Source: Chloroflexota bacterium
GTDB taxonomy: Bacteria; Chloroflexota; Anaerolineae; B4-G1; SLSP01
NCBI GenBank assembly: GCA_036845725.1
Contig: DAIUDK010000005.1
Coordinates: forward strand, 6,719-70,718
DNA: 64,000 nucleotides
Direction: 5' to 3'
In this document: piece after piece, positions 36,896-47,529 of the stretch
Layout: every line of letters begins with the position of its first letter
Numbering within the stretch: the stretch's first letter is position 1
Notes under the pieces: model-generated
Told to the model about the DNA's origin: nothing
Database searches by the model: none
What the model saw: the letters and a program-made list of their open reading frames with translations, nothing else
Translations under genes and position numbers: made by a program

Positions 36896-36920
36896 ATGAA
36901 TCATGAATCATGATTCATGG
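36896..36920. promoter_or_regulatory. Perfect 16-bp palindrome ATGAATCATGATTCAT within a TCATGA hexamer array, in the 31-bp gap immediately upstream of the cyclase start codon
   Basis: Read directly from sequence. No SD is visible for the cyclase gene. Confidence 0.35.
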
Positions 36921-36921
36921 T

Positions 36922-37419
36922 TTAGTAATACGCATCCAAGGCCATACGGAAGCGCTTGGCAAGCTCGACCATGATGTCTACGGCCATTTCGCCATCTCGC
37001 TTGAGCACGCCGAGGAAGTTCTCGCGGGGGAGGATCAGGCATTCCGTCGGTTCTGTGGCGATGACCGACGCGGTGCGTGGGCCGTTATCGAGCAGGGCCA
37101 ATTCACCGAAGAAGTCCCCAGCTCCAAAACGGTTGACTACCGCTTTGGAACCATCGGCCTTCTCTCGAACTGCCTCGGCCTTGCCGGAGGCGATGACGAA
37201 GAAGCCGTAGCCATCCCGTCCCTGTGGTACAATCACTTCGCCAGGCGCGCAGGTGCGCTCGATGAAAAGCCGCCCCAGGTCTTGCAGTTGACGTTTTTTC
37301 AGGTTTTCGAATAAGGGCACTTTGTTGAGAATGTCTATTGCTCGTTCCAGGTCTGCCATAATGGGTCCCTCCTTAAATAAGTTGCAGGTCACAAATTGAA
37401 GGTTAAAAACGCTGCACAC
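36922..37419 (-). CDS. Stand-alone cyclic-nucleotide-binding domain protein
   Basis: 165 aa. GEVIVPQGRDGYGFFVI, FGELALLDNGPRTASVIA. Confidence 0.75.
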   Translation of the reverse strand: MCSVFNLQFVTCNLFKEGPIMADLERAIDILNKVPLFENLKKRQLQDLGRLFIERTCAPGEVIVPQGRDGYGFFVIASGKAEAVREKADGSKAVVNRFGAGDFFGELALLDNGPRTASVIATEPTECLILPRENFLGVLKRDGEMAVDIMVELAKRFRMALDAYY

Positions 37420-37555
37420 TTGATATTATAGTCCAACGGTGGGGCGATGCAAACAGGCTCTTGTCATTCTCCTGGTACAACGTACCCCAAGTCTCTGTCT
37501 GATGCAGATGCGGTCTAAAAGTCTGGGATAAAAGAGTATTGGGGGGAACGATAAT

Positions 37556-37590
37556 GAAAACCCGACAGGTTTCAAACCTGTCGGGTTTGG
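37556..37590 (-). terminator. Rho-independent terminator after the upstream cNMP-binding gene
   Basis: cccgacaggtttSaaacctgtcggg hairpin followed by a T-run on the minus strand. Confidence 0.5.
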
Positions 37591-37607
37591 CGGTACAAAA
37601 ACGCTCA

Positions 37608-38039
37608 CTACATAATCGCCAGCACGCGGCTAAAGCGCGCCGCCAGTTCTTGTAGCACGGCGACGGCCATCTCCGCATCCTCGCGCAGTAAGCCGAGGAA
37701 GTCCCATTGCGCCAGCACCAGGCAGCATGTGGGTTCGACGGCGATCACTGAGGCTGTGCGCATCTGTTCGGTTAACAGCGCCATCTCGCCGAAGAAGTCG
37801 CCCGGATCCAGCGGATTTAGCACAACCTGCGTCCCATCAGCTTGCTCGTGGACGGCCTCGGCCTGGCCCTCCATGATGATGAAGAAGCCCTCGCCGCCCT
37901 TGCCCTGGGTGACGATCTTTTCGCCTGGGGCATAGGTGCGTTCGACGAAGCGTTTGCCCACTTGTTCGATCTGCCGCCGGTTCAATCTTCGGAACAGCGG
38001 CGTGCGTTGCAGGATGGTCAATCTGTCAACTACGACCAT
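37608..38039 (-). CDS. Stand-alone cyclic-nucleotide-binding domain protein
   Basis: 143 aa. GEKIVTQGKGGEGFFII, FGEMALLTEQMRTASVIA. Confidence 0.75.
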   Translation of the reverse strand: MVVVDRLTILQRTPLFRRLNRRQIEQVGKRFVERTYAPGEKIVTQGKGGEGFFIIMEGQAEAVHEQADGTQVVLNPLDPGDFFGEMALLTEQMRTASVIAVEPTCCLVLAQWDFLGLLREDAEMAVAVLQELAARFSRVLAIM

Positions 38040-38040
38040 A

Positions 38041-39087
<1,047 letters not shown>

Positions 39088-39101
39088 ATTCGTTCTACCT
39101 C

Positions 39102-40175
39102 CTAAACGTTCTCGTATAACAGACAGCGGGCCCAGTGATCCGGCTCAACCTCAATCCAGTTGGGCGTCATCACATCGCACTTGCCTGGCATGAACGATGG
39201 GCAGCGTGGGTGGAAGACACAGCCACTTGGCAGGTGGAAGGGATCGGGCACCATGCCTTTGATAGAGGCCAGACGCTCGCTGGAACGTTTTCCTACTTTG
39301 GGAATGGATTGCAGCAGCGCGCGGGTGTACGGGTGCTTGGGTTCGTAGAAGACCCGATCGGTGCTGGCGGCCTCCACTTGCTTGCCCATGTACATCACCA
39401 CGATTTCCTTCGCCATCTCCGCCACCACGCCCAGGTTGTGGGTGATGAACATGATGGACATCTCCATTGATTCCTGCAGCTCGCGCATCAGGTCGAGAAT
39501 TTGCGCCTCGATAGACACATCGAGCGCCGTCGTTGGCTCATCCGCAATCAGCATGAACGGCTGGCATGAGAGCGCAATGGCGATCATCACCCGCTGGCGT
39601 TGCCCGCCGGAAAGCTGGTGCGGGTAGGCGTCTACGCGCTCGTGGGGCTTGGGGATGCCCACCTTTTGCAGCATCTCGATGGAGATTTCGCGGGCTTCTT
39701 CCTTGGTCACCGGGCGGTATTGCATCATCTGCTGTGCCATCTGCTCGCCTACGGTTTTCGGAATCAGCCGGTGCAGATTTAGGGCTTCGCCGATGTGCGT
39801 GCCGGTGGTGTAAACAGGGGTCAGCGAACTCATCGGCTCCTGGAAGATCATAGCAAACTCGCCGCCGCGAATCCTGCGGATCACATCGCCATCAGGATCG
39901 AGCTTCGTGATATTGACGACCTCGGAAGGCTTTTGTGGATTGAATTTATCCCGGCGGTAGTAGATGATTTCACCTTCGGAGATCTTGCCGGGCTTGGGCA
40001 CCATCTGCATCACGGCTTTGGCGGTAATGGATTTACCACACCCGCTTTCGCCGATCACACCCAACGTCTCACCCCGGTTGATGGTCAAGGTAAAACCGTC
40101 GACGCCGTGGATGATGCCATCGCGCACTTCGAACTGTACGTGTAAATCTTTGATTTCAACTAAAGGTTCGGCCAT
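39102..40175 (-). CDS. Oligopeptide/dipeptide ABC transporter ATP-binding protein (OppD/DppD-like)
   Basis: [27 protein letters not shown]. Confidence 0.85.
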   Translation of the reverse strand: MAEPLVEIKDLHVQFEVRDGIIHGVDGFTLTINRGETLGVIGESGCGKSITAKAVMQMVPKPGKISEGEIIYYRRDKFNPQKPSEVVNITKLDPDGDVIRRIRGGEFAMIFQEPMSSLTPVYTTGTHIGEALNLHRLIPKTVGEQMAQQMMQYRPVTKEEAREISIEMLQKVGIPKPHERVDAYPHQLSGGQRQRVMIAIALSCQPFMLIADEPTTALDVSIEAQILDLMRELQESMEMSIMFITHNLGVVAEMAKEIVVMYMGKQVEAASTDRVFYEPKHPYTRALLQSIPKVGKRSSERLASIKGMVPDPFHLPSGCVFHPRCPSFMPGKCDVMTPNWIEVEPDHWARCLLYENV

Positions 40176-40187
40176 TGCATCCTCCTT

Positions 40188-41342
40188 TTACCGCCCACCG
40201 TAGGGATCCATCGCGTCGCGCAGCCCGTCCCCGAGCATGTTGAAGGCCAGTACGGCGATGATGATGAAGGGGACGGTGATCAGCTGCCAGGGCGCAAAGC
40301 GGATGACCCGCACGCTGCTGACTTCTTGTAGCAGAACGCCCCAACTGGTGAGCGGTGGGCGCAAGCCCAGACCCAACCAACTCAGGGCCGTTTCCGAGAG
40401 GATCATGCCTGGGATCATCAACGTGGCGATGACGATGACGTGGCTCAATGTACCGGGCAGCAGATGGCGGAACATAATCCGCCGGTCGCTGGCACCGGCG
40501 CTCTGGGCTGCCAACACGTATTCGCGCTCACGTAGTGAGAGAATCAGCCCGCGAACCTGCCGGGCCAATCCGCCCCAGCGGATGAAGACGAGAATCAACG
40601 TCAACATAAAGTAGACCAGGATGGGCGACCATGTAACCGGGATCGCTGCTGCCAGCGCCATAAAGAGCGGAATATCTGGGAAAGCGCCGACAAATTCGAC
40701 CAACCGCTGGATCAGGATGTCTGTCATGCCGCCGTAGTAACCAGAGATTGTGCCCATCACCATTCCCAAGATCAGCGTGAAGCCTTGTCCGATTAGTCCC
40801 AACAGTAGCGACAGCCGCCCGCCGTAGAAGATACGGGAGAAAAGATCGCGGCCTACACGGTCGGTGCCAAACAAGAAAACGGTCCCATCCGGGTATTTTT
40901 CCGTATTCACGCCAAAGAGGTGTATATTGGTGGGAATCAACCCTAGTAGTTTGTACGGTTGGCCTTTGACGAAAAAGGAAATGGGATAGATCTTTTCTTT
41001 ATTCACCACCCAACTGCGCCGGCGCTGTACTGCATCGATTTGTTGATCCAGGCCATAGACGGCCGGACGTAGGCTGAAGTTCCCCTGGGGGTTTTTGAAG
41101 ACCAGGGGTTGCGGGCGCGCTTCCAGGAAATTGGATTGGTAATCTAGGCGATACGGGGAGACAAATTCGGCGAATAGACCGCACGACGCGTAGAGGAGGA
41201 CGATGATGATGGCACCTACAATCGCCAGCTTGTTCTTCTTGAACTTCCACCACACCAGGCTCCAGTAAGCCTGGCTAAGTTGTTGTTGCTTAGCTTTCTC
41301 TACAGGTTCAGACTTATTGGGGGTAACTTGAGGTTCTTCCAT
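40188..41342 (-). CDS. ABC peptide transporter permease (OppC/DppC-like, extended N-terminus)
   Basis: BPD_transp_1 EAA-like motif SAGASDRRIMFRHLLP. Six TM helices. Confidence 0.85.
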   Translation of the reverse strand: MEEPQVTPNKSEPVEKAKQQQLSQAYWSLVWWKFKKNKLAIVGAIIIVLLYASCGLFAEFVSPYRLDYQSNFLEARPQPLVFKNPQGNFSLRPAVYGLDQQIDAVQRRRSWVVNKEKIYPISFFVKGQPYKLLGLIPTNIHLFGVNTEKYPDGTVFLFGTDRVGRDLFSRIFYGGRLSLLLGLIGQGFTLILGMVMGTISGYYGGMTDILIQRLVEFVGAFPDIPLFMALAAAIPVTWSPILVYFMLTLILVFIRWGGLARQVRGLILSLREREYVLAAQSAGASDRRIMFRHLLPGTLSHVIVIATLMIPGMILSETALSWLGLGLRPPLTSWGVLLQEVSSVRVIRFAPWQLITVPFIIIAVLAFNMLGDGLRDAMDPYGGR

Positions 41343-41355
41343 TGCTGTCCCCTCC

Positions 41356-42342
41356 TTAATCCAGGCGGATGCGCGGATCGAGCGCAGCCAGCAAGAGGTC
41401 GCCGATCAGCGTGCCGATCATCGTCATCAGGACGATAAACACGAGCACCGTCCCGGCCAGGAACATATCCTGTGTCGTTAGGGCTTGGACGAAGAGCGGG
41501 CCGACCGTGGGCAGGTTTAGTACCGTCGCCACCAGCGCGTCGCCGGCCACGATGCTTGGCAGCGCCTCCGAGGTTAGAATGACGATGAGCGGGTTAATCG
41601 CCACGCGCACCGCATGTTTCCAGGTCACTTTCCCGCCTTTCAATCCCCGCGCGCGCGCGGCTTCCACAAAGGGCTGGCCGAGTGTTTCCAACAGGTTGCC
41701 GCGCATAATGCGCACCAACCCTGCCGTGCCGGTTACGCTGCTGATCAATGCTGGAATCCAGATGTGCTTGAGCAGGTCAACGACCCGCGCCCAACTCCAC
41801 GGCGCATCGATGAACTCACGCGAGAATAGCCCGCCGACCTCTACTTTCAGAACCATCATCGCAAAGAAGAGGACCAGCAACGCCAGCAGGAAACCCGGCA
41901 TGCCCAGGCCCAAAAAGCTCATCGTGGTGACGATCTGATCGCCGAGGGAATATTGATGTGTGGCCGAGTAAACCCCGATAGGTATCGCCAGACACCAGAC
42001 GATGGTGATACTGGAAAGCGCCAACAACACCGACATCAAAGCTCGCTGTCCGATGATTTCCTTGACCGGGCGCTCGTATTGAAACGACTCCCCGAAGTCT
42101 CCCTTGATGAAATTGCTGGCCCAGTTCCAGTAGCGCGTTAATAGTGGTTGATCCAGTTTGTACCGCGCGCGATAGTCCTCAATGCGCAATTGTGCGCTAC
42201 GATCGCCAATCGCCTGCAATTGTTGGAGTTTGATGGTCAGGTAATCGCCGGGAGGTAATTCGATGATCAGGAAGCTGACGAAGGAGACCAGGACAATCAT
42301 GACGATCATGTAGAGTATTCGTCTTGCAATATACGATAGCAT
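41356..42342 (-). CDS. ABC peptide transporter permease (OppB/DppB-like)
   Basis: Typical about 328-aa permease with EAARARG loop motif. Confidence 0.85.
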   Translation of the reverse strand: MLSYIARRILYMIVMIVLVSFVSFLIIELPPGDYLTIKLQQLQAIGDRSAQLRIEDYRARYKLDQPLLTRYWNWASNFIKGDFGESFQYERPVKEIIGQRALMSVLLALSSITIVWCLAIPIGVYSATHQYSLGDQIVTTMSFLGLGMPGFLLALLVLFFAMMVLKVEVGGLFSREFIDAPWSWARVVDLLKHIWIPALISSVTGTAGLVRIMRGNLLETLGQPFVEAARARGLKGGKVTWKHAVRVAINPLIVILTSEALPSIVAGDALVATVLNLPTVGPLFVQALTTQDMFLAGTVLVFIVLMTMIGTLIGDLLLAALDPRIRLD

Positions 42343-42411
42343 TGTTGCCTCCTTTCCCGCAATGAAAAAATGGCGGGTGGGGAAGGTCTCCCCACCCGCC
42401 AGGAAAGTAGC

Positions 42412-44445
42412 CTATTTATCCATCCAGTACTGCTCAGGATTGGAGTTGCCGGGGGTGCCGGGCGCCCAAGGGCCAATCACGCCGTATTCGTAGACGTTCT
42501 TGAAGTAGTTCTTGCAGACCACCGGTTGCGGCTGGTCGCCCGCCGCGCCGATGATGAAGGGTCCTTCCTCGATGTAGACGTCGATGGCTTCCCAGACCAA
42601 CTCGTGGCGCTTCTGCTCATCAGGTTCTTGCAGACCCTGGCGATAGATCTCCTGCAGGCGCGCTGCCGGGCTGCCGGGTTCGGGTTCCCACCCGTCCTCG
42701 CCGCCGGTCTTGTAGTACTGACCCTGCATGGGGAAGGCCCGAGTCCCTTCACCGACACCGCGTACCGGGAAGACCCAGTCGGGGTAGGTCCACAGGTCGA
42801 GTTCCGAAGCATGCGTGGTGGCCAACATAAACAAACCGTTATCACGGTTGGACCCGCCGTCGGCGGTGCCGATGGCGTTATCGATGAGCACCTTGACGCC
42901 GATGTCTTCCAGGTTCTTCCTGTAGACCTCGACGAACTCGGTATTCACCGTTGGGGCGCTCCAGTCGTTCAACTGGATGATGAGCGTGAACTCTTTGCCG
43001 CTCGGCAAGTCGCGAATGCCGTCGCCGGTCGCATCCACGAAACCGGCCGCATCGAAGTACTCCTTGGCCTTGTCGGGGCTGTATTCGGCGTAGGCGTTGG
43101 CCCATTTCTCGTAGACCGCCATCCCTTCAGGTGAGCTGGTGAAGTGCGGGGATTGCGGGCTGATGGTGAAGTTCTTTGCCTCGCCGATGCCGTCCCAGGC
43201 CACATCGATGACGCGTTGGCGATCCATCGCGTGGGAGAGACCGCGCAGGAAATTCTTGTCGCGCAGCAGCTTGCGGACTTCGACGTCGATCTCAGGCTCG
43301 GTCGCGGGGTCGTATTCCATAGCGGTGTGATAGTCCTGGTTCACGATGATCCCAGGCCACGCGCCAGCGCCGTTCATCCAGCCGTCTACCAGGCGGAAAT
43401 CGCCCGCTTCGGCGTTCTCCAGCAGGAAGGGAGTGTCCGCGGGGCTGCCGTTGTAGCGGAAGTTGCAGTCGTACCGCCCTTGCGCCACTTGCAGCAACCG
43501 CACCTCGTTGTCTTCTACCACTTCTACCCGGATGTAGTCGATGTAGGGCAGTTGATTGCCTTCGGGGTCGACCTTCCAGTAGTAGGGGTTGCGCTCCAGG
43601 AGGCGATATTCGCCGGCCTTGTATTCTTTCAGACACCACGCCATCAAGCAGGGATAGCCAGGGGTGTCGAACCAGCGATCCATCAGATCCAGTTCGGTGT
43701 AGCCTTCGGCGCCAGCCTTGCCCTCATATTCAGGGTGATACTGTTTGAGGAAGTGCGCCGGTTTCATCAGCGGGTCCCATTCCCAGTGACCTTGCGCTAA
43801 AACGTAGGGCATGATGTACTGTGGGGCATCGAACTTGAGCACCCAGGTGTAGTCGTCGGGGAATTCCATGGTGATGGGGGTGCCATCGGTGTTGCGACCC
43901 CACCAGGGAACACTGACCGTTTTGTACTCTTCGTTCAACGCCATGTCTTCCCACCAGAACTTCATGTCGGCCATAGTGAAAGGCTCGCCATCGGACCACT
44001 TGATGCCCCGGCGGAACTTGAAGGTGATGGTCTTGCCTCCGTCGCTCCAGGTGGGCATTTCGGTCAACAGACCTGGCTCGTAACCGGTGAGATCGGCCTT
44101 CCAGCGGACGGGTGGGTCGTACAGCTTCATCAAAATATTGCCGGCGCCTTCCCACCAGGTCACATCGTTCCAGGTGCCGCCGTACTTGCCGATGGAGTCG
44201 ACCACCGGAACAACCATAACATCCAGCGGCAGACGCTCCTCAACCGGGGGCAAGTTCATGCTATCCAGCATTGGGGCTTGCTTGTATTTGCTCGGCGCGG
44301 GTTCCTCTTTAGTTTCCGGAACAGCAGTGGCTGCCGGGGCCTGGGTTGTTGGTTCGGCCGTCGGCGCGGGTGTTTGCTTGCATCCCGTAACCACCAACGC
44401 AAAAATCATCAATACACTAAACAGTAGAGACAGTCGCTTCTTCAT
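42412..44445 (-). CDS. Extracellular solute-binding lipoprotein, ABC family 5
   Basis: Signal peptide plus lipobox VVTGC. Family-5 SBP size. SD GGAGG. Confidence 0.85.
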   Translation of the reverse strand: MKKRLSLLFSVLMIFALVVTGCKQTPAPTAEPTTQAPAATAVPETKEEPAPSKYKQAPMLDSMNLPPVEERLPLDVMVVPVVDSIGKYGGTWNDVTWWEGAGNILMKLYDPPVRWKADLTGYEPGLLTEMPTWSDGGKTITFKFRRGIKWSDGEPFTMADMKFWWEDMALNEEYKTVSVPWWGRNTDGTPITMEFPDDYTWVLKFDAPQYIMPYVLAQGHWEWDPLMKPAHFLKQYHPEYEGKAGAEGYTELDLMDRWFDTPGYPCLMAWCLKEYKAGEYRLLERNPYYWKVDPEGNQLPYIDYIRVEVVEDNEVRLLQVAQGRYDCNFRYNGSPADTPFLLENAEAGDFRLVDGWMNGAGAWPGIIVNQDYHTAMEYDPATEPEIDVEVRKLLRDKNFLRGLSHAMDRQRVIDVAWDGIGEAKNFTISPQSPHFTSSPEGMAVYEKWANAYAEYSPDKAKEYFDAAGFVDATGDGIRDLPSGKEFTLIIQLNDWSAPTVNTEFVEVYRKNLEDIGVKVLIDNAIGTADGGSNRDNGLFMLATTHASELDLWTYPDWVFPVRGVGEGTRAFPMQGQYYKTGGEDGWEPEPGSPAARLQEIYRQGLQEPDEQKRHELVWEAIDVYIEEGPFIIGAAGDQPQPVVCKNYFKNVYEYGVIGPWAPGTPGNSNPEQYWMDK

Positions 44446-44457
44446 ACGAACCTCCTT

Positions 44458-44520
44458 CTAGGTTATACTGGTTATGAAATTTGGGAACAGTAATGTATCA
44501 TTTGCTCTATATCTTTGCAT
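44458..44520 (-). CDS. Candidate 20-aa upstream leader ORF (MQRYRANDTLLFPNFITSIT) with its own SD, ending 10 nt before the SBP start codon
   Basis: AGGAGG-N4-ATG ... TAG immediately followed by the GGAGG-ATG of the SBP gene. The TTCATAACCA-GGAGG-ATG module is duplicated. Confidence 0.3.
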   Translation of the reverse strand: MQRYRANDTLLFPNFITSIT

Positions 44521-44591
44521 TGCACCTCCTTAAAATGGTTATGAACCCTCCTGTGTTGCACTTGTGGCGCCGTTAAGCGTCGCTTGAAAAC

Positions 44592-46091
44592 TCACACCAA
44601 CAGGGCCAGAGCCTGTGCTGTGTGCTGCACGGTCTCTTCTATCGGTGCGCCTTCCCATAGAATTTTCTGGAGCATATCCTGTAAAAATAGCGCGGCATGT
44701 AGATAATTGCCCATAAAAGGACGTGGACGCGCCAATTCGAGGAACGGGATGATATGCTTGAGCCACGGATGCTTGCTATTACTTAGCTCTGCATTGATGG
44801 TGCGGTGTGGGGCGATTTGTAAATGTTCTTCACAGTAAGCCTTCAGCGCCTCCGGTGTGGAGACTTGTTTGAGTATTTCGGCACACAACTCGCCCTCCGG
44901 CGACTGGCGTAAAATCGACCAACTAGTGCCACCCAACGACATTGCCTGTGGTGACGCTGTTGTTGGGCGCGGCGCCGGAATGAATCCCAGATGTGTGACT
45001 GCGTCTTCCTCCTCGGCCCAATCGGATTCGTCCTGGATGCGCGGCCATTCATACGTGCCGCCCAACGTCATCGGCGATAGGCCCTTGGCGAGATGAACGG
45101 TCACATCCCACCAGGTAAGGTCGATCATATTGGGTGGCAGGCACGCGCGCCGTTGTTTCGTGATCTGGCAGAGAAAGCGCAATGCTGTGTAGATGGCCGG
45201 ATCATCCAGTTTGAGTGCATCTGCACCGTTCATTGTTTGTGCCCCGGCGGTCCAGAGGAATGGAATCAGTAGATTGATGGCGGCTTCGCCGGCAGCCACG
45301 CTGATCGGAAAAACGACGGCGTATCGATTGTTGTACCTTTGTTGGACTTCTGGTAGTGCAAAATGATCGATAATTGCCAACCAGTCGTCCCAAGTTGCTG
45401 GGGGTGTGATCCCTTCAGCCTCGAACCAATCGCGCCGGTACCATAACCCGGAGACGTCGGCCTGCACCGGCACGCCGTAGAGTTGCCCATCAACAGTATT
45501 GTTCAGTGCGACGGGCGTTTCCAGGCTTTCGGTCAGTTCCTGCGCCCATTGCTTGTCCAGTTTTGCGAGCGGCGCGATGTAACCAGAACGCGCGTAATCA
45601 GGGATCCACACGAAGTCCATCGGTGCGATATCCGGCGCTTCTCCCTGGGCAACCGCCCGCTGCAGTTGGCGGTGGAAATCGTTACGGGAGCACATCGTCA
45701 CCTTGAGCTTGACTTCGCGGTCGGGATTGTGTAGGTTCCAGGCGTGAACAGCGCTTTCCATCGAACCGAGCCAGAACACGTCGTAGTGCGTTAGCACGTG
45801 GATGTCAGTTTGTCGTTCCAGGCGCTTGGAGACGCCGCCTGCTACAAAGGTGCCTTGTCCGGCACGACGATACAGAAAGCCTTCGCGGGCCAGTTCGGTT
45901 AGAGCCTGGCGGATGGGGGCGCGGCTCACGTTGTGCAACTCACATAATTCCATTTCAGTGGGCAAGCGATCGCCGGGCCGCAAAATGTTGGCTTCCATTT
46001 GCTGCTTGAAATGGAGTTTGAGTTGGTAATAGATTGGGACCGGAGAATTTCGATCAACCATAAACGGCCTAACTTCTTTTGTGAAGGGCAC
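44592..46091 (-). CDS. GntR-family transcriptional regulator fused to a periplasmic-binding-protein-like (sugar-SBP family 1) ligand domain
   Basis: N-terminal GntR wHTH (IYYQLKLHFKQQ..GDRLPTEMELCELHNVSRAPIRQAL). C-terminal roughly 400 aa SBP-like. No signal peptide. Confidence 0.7.
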   Translation of the reverse strand: MPFTKEVRPFMVDRNSPVPIYYQLKLHFKQQMEANILRPGDRLPTEMELCELHNVSRAPIRQALTELAREGFLYRRAGQGTFVAGGVSKRLERQTDIHVLTHYDVFWLGSMESAVHAWNLHNPDREVKLKVTMCSRNDFHRQLQRAVAQGEAPDIAPMDFVWIPDYARSGYIAPLAKLDKQWAQELTESLETPVALNNTVDGQLYGVPVQADVSGLWYRRDWFEAEGITPPATWDDWLAIIDHFALPEVQQRYNNRYAVVFPISVAAGEAAINLLIPFLWTAGAQTMNGADALKLDDPAIYTALRFLCQITKQRRACLPPNMIDLTWWDVTVHLAKGLSPMTLGGTYEWPRIQDESDWAEEEDAVTHLGFIPAPRPTTASPQAMSLGGTSWSILRQSPEGELCAEILKQVSTPEALKAYCEEHLQIAPHRTINAELSNSKHPWLKHIIPFLELARPRPFMGNYLHAALFLQDMLQKILWEGAPIEETVQHTAQALALLV

Positions 46092-46310
46092 TTTGGTATT
46101 TCTTTATAACATTATAACACTGCAATTATGCCATGTCAATAGGTCTGCTCGGGTCGTGGTTGACAATTTCTGATTTTACGCTAGAATTTTGGACAGTTTA
46201 ACCCAATTCAGGATGAATGACTGAGAAATGTGCCCAAATGTCATATCGATAATTGAACTGAGTGTTTCCAAGAAGCCGGACCGCTAGGTCCGGAAATTCG
46301 TGTTGATAAG

Positions 46311-46354
46311 AACCGGCCCTAGTGATGGATAAACCCACTAGGGCCGGTTTTTTG
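46311..46354 (+). terminator. Intrinsic terminator-like hairpin inside the 5' leader, 30 nt upstream of the LeuA-family gene (candidate attenuator)
   Basis: aaccggccctagtg-N11-cactagggccggtt followed by TTTTTTG. Second small hairpin at 46274-46294. Confidence 0.45.
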
Positions 46355-46386
46355 TTGCTATCAGACTAATCTCAAGGAGGGGAGAA

Positions 46387-47529
46387 ATGACTTTGCAACA
46401 GTTTGCGATTATTGAATCAACATTAAGAGAGGGGGAGCAATTTGTAGGGGCGAGTTTCACGACGGCGCAGAAGCTCGAGATCGCGCGCCTACTGGACTCC
46501 TTTGGTGTGGAGTGCCTGGAGCTGACTTCGCCGTTGGCGTCACCGCAGAGCTACGAGGATGCGAAAGCTATCGCGCGCCTGGGGCTTAACTGCCGCATTC
46601 TCACACATATCCGTTGTTGCATTGAGGATGCACGCGTAGCGATTGAAACTGGCGTGGATGGCGTAGACGTCGTCATCGGCGCGTCGTCGATGTTGCGCGA
46701 GTTCAGCCACGGGAAGAGTATCGCGCAGATCATCGACATGGCACTGGAAGTGGTCGAATTCGTGCGGTCGCAGGGCGTGCGCGTGCGCTTCAGCACCGAG
46801 GACTCGTTCCGCAGCGATCCGCGCGATCTGTTCCGCATCTACGAGGCTGTGGACCGCATCGGTGTGCACCGTGTGGGCATCGCCGACACGGTCGGCGTGG
46901 CGACGCCGCGCCAGGTCTACGGTCTGGTGCGCGAACTGCGCGGGCGGGTAGCCTGCGATATCGAGTTCCACGGCCACAACGACTCCGGCTGCGCTATCGC
47001 CAACGCTTACGAAGCGCTCGACGCGGGCGCGACGCATGTGGATACGACCGTGCTCGGTATCGGCGAGCGCAACGGCATCACGCCACTTGGCGGACTTATC
47101 GCGCGGCTGTACGCCACCGATCCGGCATCCGTCGCCAAATACGACTTACCCTTGCTGCGTACCATTGACACCACCATTGCGCAGATGGTCGGCGTGGATG
47201 TGCCGTTCAACAACTATATCACCGGCATCACTGCCTTTACCCACAAAGCCGGCATCCACGCGAAAGCCATCCTCAACAACCCGGAGACCTACGAGATTAT
47301 CGACCCGCAGGCGTTTGGCTTGACCCGCTACGTCAGCATCGCCCACCGCCTCACGGGTTGGAACGCCATCAAGAATCGCGCCGAACAACTGGGTTTGGCG
47401 CTGGACGACGCGCACATCAAAACGATCACCGCGCACATCAAGGCACTGGCCGACGAAAAACTGATTTCGCTCTCCGACGTGGATGCTATGCTGCTCCGTT
47501 GGGCCAACGGCGAAGGTGAAGCGGCTTGA
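46387..47529 (+). CDS. Homocitrate synthase / 2-isopropylmalate-synthase-family enzyme (short LeuA/NifV/LysS-like form)
   Basis: HMGL-like TIM-barrel motifs ([32 protein letters not shown]). 380 aa. SD AAGGAGGGG. Confidence 0.75.
   Translation: MTLQQFAIIESTLREGEQFVGASFTTAQKLEIARLLDSFGVECLELTSPLASPQSYEDAKAIARLGLNCRILTHIRCCIEDARVAIETGVDGVDVVIGASSMLREFSHGKSIAQIIDMALEVVEFVRSQGVRVRFSTEDSFRSDPRDLFRIYEAVDRIGVHRVGIADTVGVATPRQVYGLVRELRGRVACDIEFHGHNDSGCAIANAYEALDAGATHVDTTVLGIGERNGITPLGGLIARLYATDPASVAKYDLPLLRTIDTTIAQMVGVDVPFNNYITGITAFTHKAGIHAKAILNNPETYEIIDPQAFGLTRYVSIAHRLTGWNAIKNRAEQLGLALDDAHIKTITAHIKALADEKLISLSDVDAMLLRWANGEGEAA

Noticed and set aside
46092-46386. T-box, lysine or other known riboswitch in the LeuA-family leader
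   Set aside because: No T-box (AGGGUGGNACCGCG-like) or L-box core motif was recognisable by eye. Only the generic terminator and hairpin geometry is retained as a finding.
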